Source: Eutreptiella sp. 'Long Island Sound 2002'
Taxonomy: Eukaryota; Protista; Euglenida
NCBI GenBank assembly: GCA_964036045.1
Contig: OZ038378.1
Coordinates: 54,622,001 to 54,686,000 of the forward strand
Direction of reading: 5' to 3'
Length of the DNA stretch: 64,000 bases
Position numbers and translations under genes: made by a program. The notes below the pieces were generated by a model. That model had not been told where the DNA came from, did not search any database, and saw only the letters and a program-made list of their open reading frames with translations. Below, piece after piece: positions 1-11,900 of this stretch (the stretch's first letter is position 1; the number at the start of each line of letters is the position of its first letter).

Positions 1-1750
1 CGAACACCTTTGGTAGGTGGGTCCACTGCGCGCGGGCTTGGAGGGTGTACACTACGCGGCGGAGTGCAAGGGGGGGGGCAGCTGAGTGGGTAGGCGCTGA
101 AGGTTCGCCAGTCATTGCCGGCGCGAGGTGTCCCATGGCATGCCGCGGGACGTCTCGGCCACGCGTCAGTCCCGCGCAGGCCGAGGCCTCCAGTGTGGGG
201 AGTTGGGGCGGCGCTGGTAAGGATGCGGGCTGAGTTGAGGGGGCACCCGACGCTGGTGCCGCGGCGCTCGGGGTGGTGTCTTGCTCCCCGCGCGACTTTT
301 TGTTCGCCTTCGATGCCGGTTGGCGAAAATGTCGCTTGTTTGTGGATTTCTCAGGGGGGTGGGGTTGTCGTTGCGATGGCGGTGTGGTCAAGGCCTTCTG
401 GGTGGCCACGGCGAAGGGCTCGTTGGTGGTCGCAGATTGCCAAACCACCGTGACGCTCTTCTCGGGCGCCACCACGCACTCGCGGTGAAGCACCGATTCG
501 CCCATGAAGATTTCCGCACACTTGGCCTCCGGTACCGCTGCGAACTCCAATCCTCGGCGGTGGTCCACGGCCGTGATGAAGATGGGCATGCCGAGTGCAT
601 GGGAGAGGACTAACGACAACTGAGTCGCGTCTACGCGGCCCCGCGAGATGCGCACCGCCCGCGTGGCGGGGCTACGGCTGAAGGGCTGGAGCCCCGTGGA
701 GGCCGGTGTGGCCACCCTGGTATCTGACGGGGACGGGCCGACGTGAGAGTGAGGGTAAGCGGGCAGGTGGTTGGTCGGCTGCAAGGGTCCGGCCAAGAAC
801 CACTCCACTACTGCGCGGTCGCAATTGCCAAGTCTCGACGCAGAGGAACCGCTTGAGTACCGCCAGTGCTTGACGCTGCTCGCCTGATGACACCAAGTGT
901 TGCTCCAATCCATGCCATAGGACTTGGCGTACACCACGGAGGTCTCGTACGGGCGCGAAGGAGTTGGTAAAGGTCACCGGTAGGTCCTTGTCTTTGAAGA
1001 AACCTATGGCTACCGCTCGCCACTCTGTGACACCATCCCGCTCGGCCGGAACTAGTAGCTGCTGGATATCCTTCAGCGTCTGCTGGTTGGCATCTAAGGC
1101 CCTCAACCTGGACCCAAAACAGCTCGCCACTGTGTGGGGGAATTCGGTAAGCTTCTGGCGCATGGCGGGGCGGTTAAAAGTGGGGCATGCAGCCCACGCG
1201 GACGTGGCAACCGGAGCCAGTGCGGTACCAGACACCGCGGACTATAGGGCCTAGAGCGGGTACCCGGGTCACCCCATGCGCATGGGAGCACAGCATGAGT
1301 CATGCATGGTCCACGGGCGCCTCCATTTGGTGCCCCCACCCCCTCAGCCTGGTGATCGGCATCACCCCGCGCCGAACCAATTGTCCCTCAGCCACCCACT
1401 ACCCCCCGAGAACCGCCGTCTGGAGTTTCCAATCCCCCCCCCCCTTGGCAACTGGTAGGTCTACAACCCCACAAGCTGCTCCCAATCCTTCACCTGCCCC
1501 CCACTTCCATATTGACAGCGCCGGGGAACGAATTGCTGAAGGCAGGGGTGCGCGCCCCCGCCTGCGTCTCCACATCCACCAGGCAGGTCGCCGCCACGAA
1601 TTCAATCCTAGCCCGGTTCCGGCCCGGAAGCTCGAGCCTCAAGGTGAACCGGGGCTTGACGCGCAGCATGCGCAGCACTGTGATGGGGGGGGCGGGCGTC
1701 GGGTAGGTAACCGATGGCCCTGGTCTGGGCGTTGGGCTGCGCACTGACCG
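1..1750 (-). pseudogene. Unidentified decayed coding region, probably from a mobile element
   Basis: Protein-like segments in alternating minus frames (672-1235 ORF; ...PIFITAVDHRRGLEFAAVPEAKCAEIFMGESVLHRECVVAP...; ...VLRMLRVKPRFTLRLELPGRNRARIEF...), broken by frameshifts. No diagnostic motif recognised. Confidence 0.25.
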
Positions 1751-1994
1751 CCATGTTCGAAGGTGATGAAGCAGTTTGGGCAGCCTGGGAGGCGGAGACA
1801 TCCGGAGCGGTGCAGAGGAGAATGTCCTCTGGGGGAGGAGGAAAGTGGACACGACCCTCTGCCGCACTGGGCCCCAGGGCAGGGCCACTGGGCCCTAGGG
1901 CAGGGCCAATTTGGGGCTGTGTACAGCGCAACGCACGGGGGTCACGATCCCAGCAATTCCACGTCTCCTACACCGATGAGGAAAGACGAAATGG

Positions 1995-4398
1995 AACTGT
2001 GAAATCCAAAAATCGCGAAAAAATGCGCCATTTTCGCAAGAAAGAAGCAAGTTGCGAGCCCACTGCGCAGCGCCCTCGGATGGCACAATCGCGTGAAAAT
2101 CACGCGAATTTCGGGTCCGGCAACACACATTTCGTTTGCATGCCTGGCATTTGCAGGGACATCGGATGCTCCATCCCCCTTTCTTCACCTACGTGTGGAT
2201 GCGGAACGGCGGCGAGGCGTTCAGCAGTTGCCGGGTACTTGTTGGCCGTGCAGGCGGCAATAAGCCGCCAATTGCCAAGTGCACCACGGCATCACCGTCC
2301 GTCTGCTAGGCCTTGGCCAGCTCGAGCTGGTTTACGGCGCCCAATCTCCCAGCCATGGACCGGCACGGGGTGGAGATCCGCCGCCGAGCGGGTGACGAAG
2401 CTGGGGTGGCGGGTGGACACGGGGGGGGGGGGGGGCTGCTTCACCCGGGGCTGTGGGGGGGGGGTTGAAAACATCATCCCGAGGGTCCTCCATAGCCAGC
2501 CTCAAACGGGCCTGCAAGCCCCCCCCACACAAAAAGCAGATGGCCATACGTAGGGACTGCTTGTTGATGAAGGGTCCCCAAAAGTTTCTTGAGCAACGGC
2601 TTGGTGAGGGGGTTGAGGTGGGTGGTGTTGGGCAGCACGTTGACATGCTTTTTGTCGGGGGACCAGTGCGTGAATAGGGCCCCTTGCATGTCTTGTTGGG
2701 GGTGGAAGACAATGGTGGCGGGCAGTGCTAGCCATGACGAGAACCTCCCCTGTGGTTAAGGAGGACCCCCCCCCACCTCTCCACCTCGGCCTCTGCCGAG
2801 GCCGTTCCCGCCTAAATGCACAAGCAGTGCTTGGAGGAGAGAGCAAGAAACGTGGAAAGGCGGGAGTCTAACTTTGACCAGTCGGCGGGGGGGGGGGGGC
2901 GTGGGGGGCGCTGCAGGTGTCCGTGTGGGCCCGCTGATCGTTGGACTCCAGACCGGACGCAATGACGGAACCGGGGGGCATGGGGTAAACAGACTCGAAG
3001 GGGTCAAGCAAGCTCTCCCTCAGGTTGGCAACAAGCTTTTTGAAAACGCTACCAACCAGCTGATTTGTGTCACCCAGTGTGGAGTGGCAGCGCTCGGGCA
3101 GGGAGGCATTGGTCCAGTGTTTTTCCACTTTTTGTATGTGGAACATAACATCGAAAAATTGTGGAACTTTATCCCCCCCCCCTGCCCAAGACTTTCTCGA
3201 CCTGTTACCAAGCCGCGTTGTAGTCGGCCGAAGTGAGGGCGTCTCCTGTCACCGTATACACAAGCCCATCAACAAAGTTGCTGGGCATGGGAGGTGCGGG
3301 ACAGGCGGGGTGGAGGACGGGGTTAGGGGTTGTATAGGTGAGGGGTTCCAGCAAGGGGGCGGTTCGCAAAGGGGGTTCGGGGGTAATGAAGGTGGGGGGG
3401 TTGGCCAATTCCCGATACCAACTCAACCCACATATGTGATGAAGCATGGGAAGAGTGATGTCGGGGATGTGGTGGAGGGGGGGCACCTCGGGCTGGGCGG
3501 GGAAGAGCCCCAAGTCATCCCACCACTGAGCACTCGCGGTCTGCCACCAAAAGGCGAAAGAAGAATGGTCCCTCTGCGGATCACCTGCACGGAAGTACTC
3601 ATTCAACGCAATCATGTCCATGTGGCAGGGGCAATGAAGGAGGTTAGTGGTGGGGTAGACGGTGGAAACCCCCGCTTTCAACTTCCCCGCCCTTTGTTGC
3701 GACATGACCCCCAGGAGGCAATCAACCGTTTTGGAGACAGGGATAAGGTTGACGGCCCTCAACTCGGGGAGGGCCGCCTGCAGCTGGTGCCACATGTCCG
3801 TGGTCCACCCCTTGCGGAGAGCACCTGCACGCGCGGGTGCCCTCGTCAATGTGGATGAGGGTGGAGGAGGGGTCCAAACCCTTTGCCCACTCAACCACCT
3901 CCCCCACCAGCAGGCCCCCCGTGTATGTGGCCTCCTCCAGCGTGTGCGGGCGGCAGGGGAGGGCCAAGAAGTCGGCGTGGGTGTCGGCGGCTTGGTCCAG
4001 GAGGTTACCATGTTGCGAGAGAGCCATTGGAAGAGAAATGAGAGCTGCACAGGAAAACAAAAGCATGGAAAGGAGCAGAACTTGAAAAAGCTTGGACATA
4101 TTCGCGCGATGTTCGCGCGATTTTCACGCGAAAATCGCGTGAATGGAAATTACATGTGAATGCGATCAGGACATGCGAACGAGACATGCGAATAGGCACG
4201 CGAATTTAACAAATTTTTGCGCATCCAAGCGATGTTAGCTACCACTCGGGCTACATTTTGCGTGCCCCTACCTTTCTTTAGATTTTGGGCGAAGTAAGCA
4301 CGGCAAACGGGCAAATGGGCACGGAATAACAAGCAAAACGGGCCAAAAGTTAGTAACGTGCGCATGTTCATTCAAAAGAGTGGTTCCCGAAGGGTATA
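1995..4398 (-). mobile_element. Partial DNA element around the dioxygenase-like gene; only one TIR seen
   Basis: TCACGCGAA/TCGCGTGAA motif clusters at about 2010-2110 and 4100-4205. GGTTCCCGAAGGGTA at 4382-4396 matches the TIR of the MITE at 26435-27210. No left TIR found. Confidence 0.4.
2600..4030 (-). pseudogene. Decayed gene with a C-terminal 2OG-Fe(II) dioxygenase-like domain, probably transposon cargo
   Basis: Joined minus frames give SVIASGLESNDQRAHTD (HxD at about 2919-2927), then HVSCSL, then GEVLVMASTARHH (distal His at about 2712-2720). This is the HxD...H iron-binding arrangement. The N-terminal part (3205-4050 ORF) is unassigned. Confidence 0.5.
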
Positions 4399-4417
4399 AA
4401 GGGGTATAGGCGCACAC

Positions 4418-4679
4418 GATGAATATTGGGAGGGTGTACACCCCTTCAATATTCATCGCGCGGGGTATATACACCAGCATAGGAGGTATACGGGCATGCG
4501 ATGAACATTGGCGCGGTATACACCCCTCCAATATTCATCGCGAGGGGAAAAGACCCCTGGACGGGGGGTATAAGGGCACGGGATGAATATTAGGAGGGTG
4601 TACACCCCTCCAACATTTAGTGTGCGGGGTACGGACCCCTCGACAGGGGGTATCGGGGCACATGATGAAAATTGCGAGG

Positions 4680-4680
<1 letters not shown>
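4418..4680. repeat. Short repeat built from GAATATTG-GAGGGTGTACACCCC-CAATATTC hairpin units
   Basis: Near-perfect palindrome of about 35 bp at 4421-4455, with degenerate copies at about 4505-4540 and 4583-4620. Confidence 0.7.

Positions 4681-4684
<4 letters not shown>

Positions 4685-4710
<26 letters not shown>
4685..4710. repeat. (TG)13 microsatellite
   Basis: Read directly from the sequence. Confidence 0.95.
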
Positions 4711-4711
<1 letters not shown>

Positions 4712-5257
4712 TTGTGTGGGAGCACATATGCCTATACATGCGCCAAATCTGTTGGTTTGTTGTGCAATGGTGTCTGATGGCCCGGTAGGGTTGCTATAAC
4801 CAGTCTTCTTACACAATGACATCACAATGGCAGAAGTATATGTTTCACAAGGGTGTGCAAATGATGCATATAGTAGCCCATTAGCAGTAAAATTAATAAG
4901 CAAAGCATACATACATGATAAGTACCTTGACCACAAAAAGAAGGGGTATGGGGAATTTCCATATTTTCCGGTGGGGCTATAGGAAAGCACTCATGAGGGG
5001 GGGGGGGAAGGACATAAGGAAGGGCCAACGGGGGGGGGCGACCATTGTTGGGAGGGGGGGGGGCACCTTCCATTGGAGATGTCGAATGTAGGTTGTAGAG
5101 GAGGGGAGGCGTCTAATGTACTGCATCATGAGGGGGGTTAGGGGAGGTGGGTTTATGGTTGCGTAATGGCGGTCCATAAAAGTCGGACGTCTGATGTCGG
5201 ATGGCCAACTTGGTCACTGTACACAATCCCGGTCAAGCAAAAGCCGCATGGGGTCAG

Positions 5258-5582
5258 GATCACATCACATGACCTCCCACAACATCACATCACATTACAT
5301 CACAACTCAACAGAATACTCGTTGTCACATGAGATCAAATCAAAATCGTATTGCATATAAGCACATCACATCGCGTCACGTAACCTCACCTCACCTCACA
5401 TCACATTACATCGCATCACATCACATCACATCACATCACATCACATCACATCACATCACGTCACATCACATCACATCACATCACATGACATCACATCACA
5501 TCACATCACATAACACACGTCACATCACACCACGTCACATCCCGTTACATTATTTCATGCCAAAGCCGATCACATCACATCG
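5258..5582. repeat. (CACAT)n pentanucleotide simple repeat
   Basis: Degenerate tandem TCACA units with a purer core at about 5415-5510. It explains the HITS-rich ORF at 5194-5769. Confidence 0.95.
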
Positions 5583-7829
5583 CATTGTTACACTTGGAGA
5601 AATTACCTTCGTTTTCTTGCATTTTTGGAAGTTTGGAAGGTTTAGCAATGTTTTAACCACCTTTCAACCAGCCTCCACAATTTTTGGGCCAAACATTGCA
5701 CACGGGTCTCTGCGTCGATTTCAAGCATTTGGTTTTGCGTTTAGACAACTGCCTTCAAATAAAACCTGAGCAAATGACCTTCGCTTGTGGCGTTTGGTGC
5801 TGGTCTCTAGATTGCTCCTTCCAAATAAAACCTCCGAAAATGTCCTTTGTTTGTTGCATTTGGTGCCGCCTTGTAGATGGACGGTAAGTTTCGGCGTCTT
5901 TTTCCACATCGAATGCAATGAAACTCGGTTGTAAATGTAACCGTGAACACATGAATGGGTGTGCTAGGCTTCGTTGATCAGGGGTGTGTCCCTGTTCGAC
6001 CAAGCCAACCATGTGGGTGGATAGCCACGCTGAGGTTGGTGCATGTTTTTTGTACTGTTGTTTCTGTTTTGTTTGCTGCATTTGTACTGTAAGTGGGTTG
6101 CAAGCTCTGGGAGCATGCTGTTTCTTGTGCCCCATCCTAGACCGCCGCCTTCTACCCCTCGTTCAATCTCCCTCCATCAAGCAGACCCGGCATGGTGCCA
6201 ACGAGGTACAAGGGCTCCCGGAGGTCATGAAGCAGATGTCATACTAAATAACATAGATGTCCAATGCACCGCAAACAAAGTAAAAAAGCCAAGAAAATGT
6301 CGGGCATATTGCTTGTGAGTTGGAAAGGGGGGGGCGAACTTATGCTTCGCAAATGGGACTTGTATCGCAAGTTGGATATGAGAGATCGGCACCACATTTT
6401 ACTCCGATGTACCTAGGTCCAATTGGCCAGAAAAACCAGAAAAAATTCCTCGCGATATCCGGTGCGGTTGGAGACCGGTCTGGCCGCCAAAACTTCCAGG
6501 CAACGATCCAATTGATTTAGAAAACTTCCAACTACACTCCCATCAATGCTCCATACATAGAGGTATGTAGATCTTCCTACCCAAATGCCTCATCTTAAGA
6601 AAGAAACACGCAAAAAAAAGAAAAGAATACCTTGTCCCTGCATTGGACTTGTGAATGTCACACTCTCGTTCGCTATGAACTATGGGCCTATGTCACCACT
6701 TTGCTTACCGCATTGGTGAAATACGATGTTGCTCACTCAACCCCCCATGACCTTGAGAAAAAGCGGCACTATCCTCGGCGTCCGAGCCAAACAAAACAGC
6801 AAAAAATGCTTGGGTCCAAGCCCATGATTTGGGGATGCCCCCCCACCGAACAGCCCTCTTCCCTTTTCACTTGTCCTTCCCCGCTTTACGCCGTGGTTTC
6901 CACCTCAAGTGGTAAACACTAAAGTACACCACCTTTGGGCCATAGGTGCACATAACTTTCAGCCCTTGCACCTTGAAAGAGGAATTTACCAAATTGGTTG
7001 CTACATGTGTGCATAAAGTGTAGCTGCCTCCTTCTTGAGAACTTCTCAAGTGCTCCAATAATCCTCGAAAAACTAACTACCACATTGCACGGGCAACAAC
7101 GAAGGGCCAACCACGATAGACCCACGAAGACAAAGGGTGTTTTCACACGGAGTTGTGCCTCGGCGGTACCCTATACTACCCAAGGACAAAGTGCTACGGA
7201 GGTGTTTGCACCAAAAAAATGCAATACCCATGTTAACGGCGGGAGAAGGCAATGACACGGTAACCCTGAGTAACCATGAAACAACCAATGGGTGCAGTGC
7301 TGCAGCATGTGCATTGTGGGTCGCGACCTCCATTCCAACACGGTTGGGACGCAAGGAGTGAAAAATAGATGCGCGGCTACTATCCATTTCTAAAACATGT
7401 ACTGCCAACACACATGAAAACACCTGCCATCTACCATCTGCTCAACTGCATCCAGAGTGTGGCATTGACTGAATTGAAAAACCCCAAGGTCGGAAAAAGT
7501 GGCAAAAAGATGTTTTGGAGGAGGATGAGGGCTGGCGCATCTGAGACCAGGCCCCCCCCCCAAAGGAACTGCAGTAGGCGATACCCCCCCTCTCCGCGAG
7601 AGAGAGGTATCCACGACCAACAAGCAGCCGACATAACACCTCCATGGGGCCCTATGAAGTATTAGTACCTCCGCTAATGTCATAGTGCGCATTGGGTGGT
7701 TGTTGCCATGCGCTTTGAGAGCACCCAGGTCGCGTGGCAGACGAAGCGTCACCTAACCAGTAAGCGACAGCGGGGCACGCGCGAGAAGCCTAATGTGCCC
7801 CCCCCCCCCCCCGCCCACCCGATTCCTAT

Positions 7830-8970
7830 CACTGGAGCCTTTTTCATTGAAAGTTGTGTTGTCTAACACCAAAACCCTTTTTCATTGAAATTGCCGTTGT
7901 CAACTCAGAGCACTGGACCGCCAAAATGCGCTGGTGTATCCTCCCTATAACATGCACCCACTTCCTCATATTTCTAAAAGTGAGGATTCGATGTGAAGCC
8001 CCAATAACTAGCTCTCATTGCAAACTTTTTCTACTGAGATTCGTATTGTGTGCTCAAAGCAGTGGACCAATAAAGTGCAGTTAACTCTGTGGCCCAGAAT
8101 ATGGGCCCAAAGCTTCAGTTTGTAACAAGTAGGGATTTAATCTGAAGAATCAAGTACGAGCTCACACTAGAACCCTTTTTGCATTGAAACCGGTGTTTCT
8201 TACTCAGTGCAATTGACCGCCAAAGTGCACCCAACGGTCCGCCTGAAAACACGGGACAACTGTTTCAATCTTTAACCAATGCGAGTTCCACATGGGGCCC
8301 CAAATACTAGCTCTCCCCCGAACCGTTTGACATCAACAGTAGACCTCCCAATTGTGCGCGACCATGCGCCCCGAAACAGGGGCTCATAACTTCATATTAT
8401 AACAAGTAGGGGATCTAGGTGAAGCCCCGAATATTAGGTCTTAGCGAAAGTTTTGTGCATTGAGATTCTTGTTGTCTACACATAGCACTAGATCTTCAAA
8501 AACAGCTCGAGTATTGGCCCCAGAACAGGGGCCCACTGTTTCAGTTTTTGACAAGTAGGGGTTCCATGTGAAGCCTCTGGTACTAGCTCTCGCCAAAATT
8601 CTTTTGCATTAACATTCCAATGGTCTATCAAATGCACTCAACCTCCGAATTGCGCTGCACCTTCCCACCGAAAATAGGGGCCCATGGTTTCAGCTTTTAA
8701 CAAGTATAGGATTTCCATTTAAAGCCCCAAGCACTAGCAGCCACCGAAGACTTTTGTCATTGAAAATTGTGTTATCTGCTTAGAGCATTCGACCTCCAAA
8801 GAGTGCTCAACTATGCACCCAAGAATAAAGGTCGGCTAATTCAGTTGTTAAACAACTCGCAGTTCCATGTGAAGCTCCAATTACTACCTCTCACCAAAAC
8901 TTTTTTCTATTAAAAGTCTTGTTGTCTACTGAGAGCCCTAAACTTGCAAAGTGCGCTCCACAATCAGCCC
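7830..8970. repeat. Degenerate tandem satellite of about 150 bp, 7-8 units
   Basis: Anchor ATGTGAAGCC or a variant at 7991, 8141, 8292, 8417, 8566, 8717 and 8867 (spacings 150, 151, 125, 149, 151, 150), typically followed by a variant of ACTAGCTCTC...TTTT.CATTGA. The region has almost no ORFs. Confidence 0.85.
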
Positions 8971-11900
8971 CAAGACATACATTGACACCCATTGCTAACA
9001 TTGTGCTAATTATGAGTTAATGCTTTGTCTTTTGGGGGTACGTCAGGACTCCAATGTGGGGAGATAAGTAAAACAATTTCACCCGCGCATCGACTCCATT
9101 TGTCCGACACGGAGAATGAAGCCACCCAATTCTACGGGCGTTTGCCGTTGCCCCAAATACGGTGCAAAATATTTGTGATTGATGTTGCTACCGTAATGGG
9201 TAGGCTTGCATGATTGCCTCATGCCCCACTCCATTGTGAGTGGGGGCTCACAGTCCACTTGTGTCATGTGCTTCATGGCCCCCTACGCCCAAGAAACACG
9301 GGCGGAGCTTGATGTAGGGTCCAAACAGGGACGGAGATGTGGTCTTAGGGGGGGACAGGGCCATTTGAACTTTGAATTTGGTGCAACAAAAAAAAAAGGA
9401 GGGGGGCTAAATGGATGGAACCTTTGAGTGGGACAAGTGCCACGCTTGTGGCAATCTCCAACGTCTCCTCCCGGACTTGTGGCGCCGAACCAATGACAGT
9501 CCTCGGCCGCTGCTGGGTATGTGGATTGTGCAATCATTGCACAATGCTATCAAAAACTTCACGGCATTGGTGATAGGACGTTAAAAAATACTTCAAGTGC
9601 GGGGCGTTGAACAACTCCTCCACTGGGCAATTGAAGCAAGCAACCATTATTATTACACCAACCGCCATATATAGTTAGTTGCTCTCCAAAGATGGAGGCC
9701 TGTTGCAGGTTCACTCGGACCACCAATTGTTGGACCTGGGCCTCACGTGAGGCACAGGTGGCTGTGCCTGTCAAGTTAAACACATCGACCCTGCTTTAGT
9801 GGCAAACACCACGCCGTGCATATCCTCCTTCCCCGAGCTTGTGATTGGCAAATGCTCACAGAGCGGCAGGGAGTCGAATCATCATTGGCAACACGGCCTT
9901 CAGGGGATGCCGCTTCTAAGTAGTCTCCCAAAGGCCATTCTTTCTCCAAGCACGGCGAGTGCCTTTTGTGCTATGCACAATGGCACTGTTGCGATGCCTC
10001 CTCTCCATATTCCTAAGGGCCGAGGTCTGCTTCTTGCCCCCACGGTCCTCGCACACCCTCTCCCCGCCAGCCTCCAGCTTCCCTTGCAAAACCTTTACCG
10101 TCTCTCCTCGCGTTGTGAAGTGCCGTGTCATCTATTGCCGAACCCACTCATTGACTGTAAAAGATTGCACACAATCACACTTTTCTTTGCAACGACCGCT
10201 TGGGGCACGGGCTCAATGAAGGGGGGTTGGGGGTGGGGCGCAACACGAGGCCTCTCGTGCCTACCCACATGTTGCTTGCTGTTGGGTGCACCTTCAAGTG
10301 GCAGGTGACGCGGGGGAGCGGGGGTTGAAGCGCATGGCAGCAAGAACCAAGTAGGCGCTTTTTAGGGAGCATGAGTGCAAATAACATTGTAGTGGTGGTG
10401 TTGCCACTTCAGAGCACTATGCAGCGGCATGCAACCTCACGGGGCGTCTTTTGACGGGGCTTCAACGTGTGGAGCTTATGATTCTGCCACCTCTTGTACT
10501 ATACTTGCAACCCCAATTGAATCCGCAGTGCTCACAGGTTGTCACGCACGGCATGGCCTGCAGCCTGCAGTAGCGGCGGACGGCAAGGACATTGAATTAC
10601 GGAGGCGAGAGCTTGAAGCAAAAAGCTAACCTAACCTCGAAACATGCAAATACCATAACACCAAAATGGTACCAAGCATCCATACTAGCGTTCCTTCGTC
10701 ACATGTGCTCCTAGCACTATGCAGCATTGGTAGGGTAGGGTTCTGCAGCGGCACTTCGTCATTGGGATGGTCGAATATTTGGGAAAGCAGCAGTCGCAGC
10801 CTCTTTGCAGCAGTCGAAGGCGTGGAGGATGTTGTTGTCACTTGGGGGAGGCAGGCAAGTCGTCGGCTCATTGCCTGTGACACACCATTCTTTACCACCC
10901 GTGCACCGAACGCACCCTGCTAGCGTGTCCTCGCTATGTTTGCAGCCGCTTCATCCCCATGTTTCCATGCATATGGCCAAAAATGTTGAGCGAAACGACA
11001 TAGTAGCCCCCCCCTTTGTAGGCAGCAAGCATGGTTATCTGAAAATGTCTGAGTGAATTTTTGGTCAGCAACAAACATATGGAGCATACCTAGTAATCGT
11101 TTAGATTGCACACAGGTGTGGTACGTACTGCAGTAGTGAAACACAACTGAAGTTTGGCACCAGAAGTAGTTCAATGAATATGTCAAGCGGTGGTGAGGCC
11201 TTCAAGTCATTGTACCGCATTACCACTCACCCTGACATTAGCTATCCAAACGGGCAAGCATACTCTAAGCATACTCCTCACTATGAATTGCTCCACATGT
11301 TCCTTAGTGCCAACATCCCCACAATAATAGGGTTCGAGAAATTGTACAGACGTGGCAAATCGTCTCAGCCGCATTTCCAAGAGCATGAAGAAGAATGGTG
11401 CCTATCACTCTGCAGACACTCTTGTGCCTTACCACTAGACTAATCCCCACGCCCATTCCAATTGCACTCTCTAACAAAGGTGCCAAAGGGCAGTAGCATA
11501 GGGCACTATGAAAAAACAAAAGGGCCCATAGTGCATGTAAAACCGCTCTAGCTAAAACATGTCCGGCCAGTGTCCCAAAATACTGTATGTGTGTGTCTAC
11601 GTGGCCCTGTATGTGCTTTGCCGCAAATACCAATCCCAGTACACTCTTCCGCATGCACTAGTGTTGGTGGACTGCACATGCTGTCACCCACAACCAAAGC
11701 ATTGTGAACTCGTTCCGCTACCTTCAACAATGGATAAAAAAACGTGTAAACAGTTGTAGCATGGTACTTGTAGCAGTGCCATACTCCATACACAAAGAGT
11801 GGTAGCAGCAACGGCTGTCACTGGCAAAGTACTGGCCAGAACCCCCCGACTTGCCCTTGACGCTCCTTGGTAGCCCCGCCCTTGATACCTTTTGCCCTCC

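Noticed and set aside
5194-5769. His/Ile/Thr/Ser-rich 191-aa protein
   Set aside because: It is a translation of the (CACAT)n simple repeat.
10700-10830. Tyrosine recombinase motif from PNIRPSQ*RSAA
   Set aside because: It is a single weak match containing a stop, with no supporting motifs.
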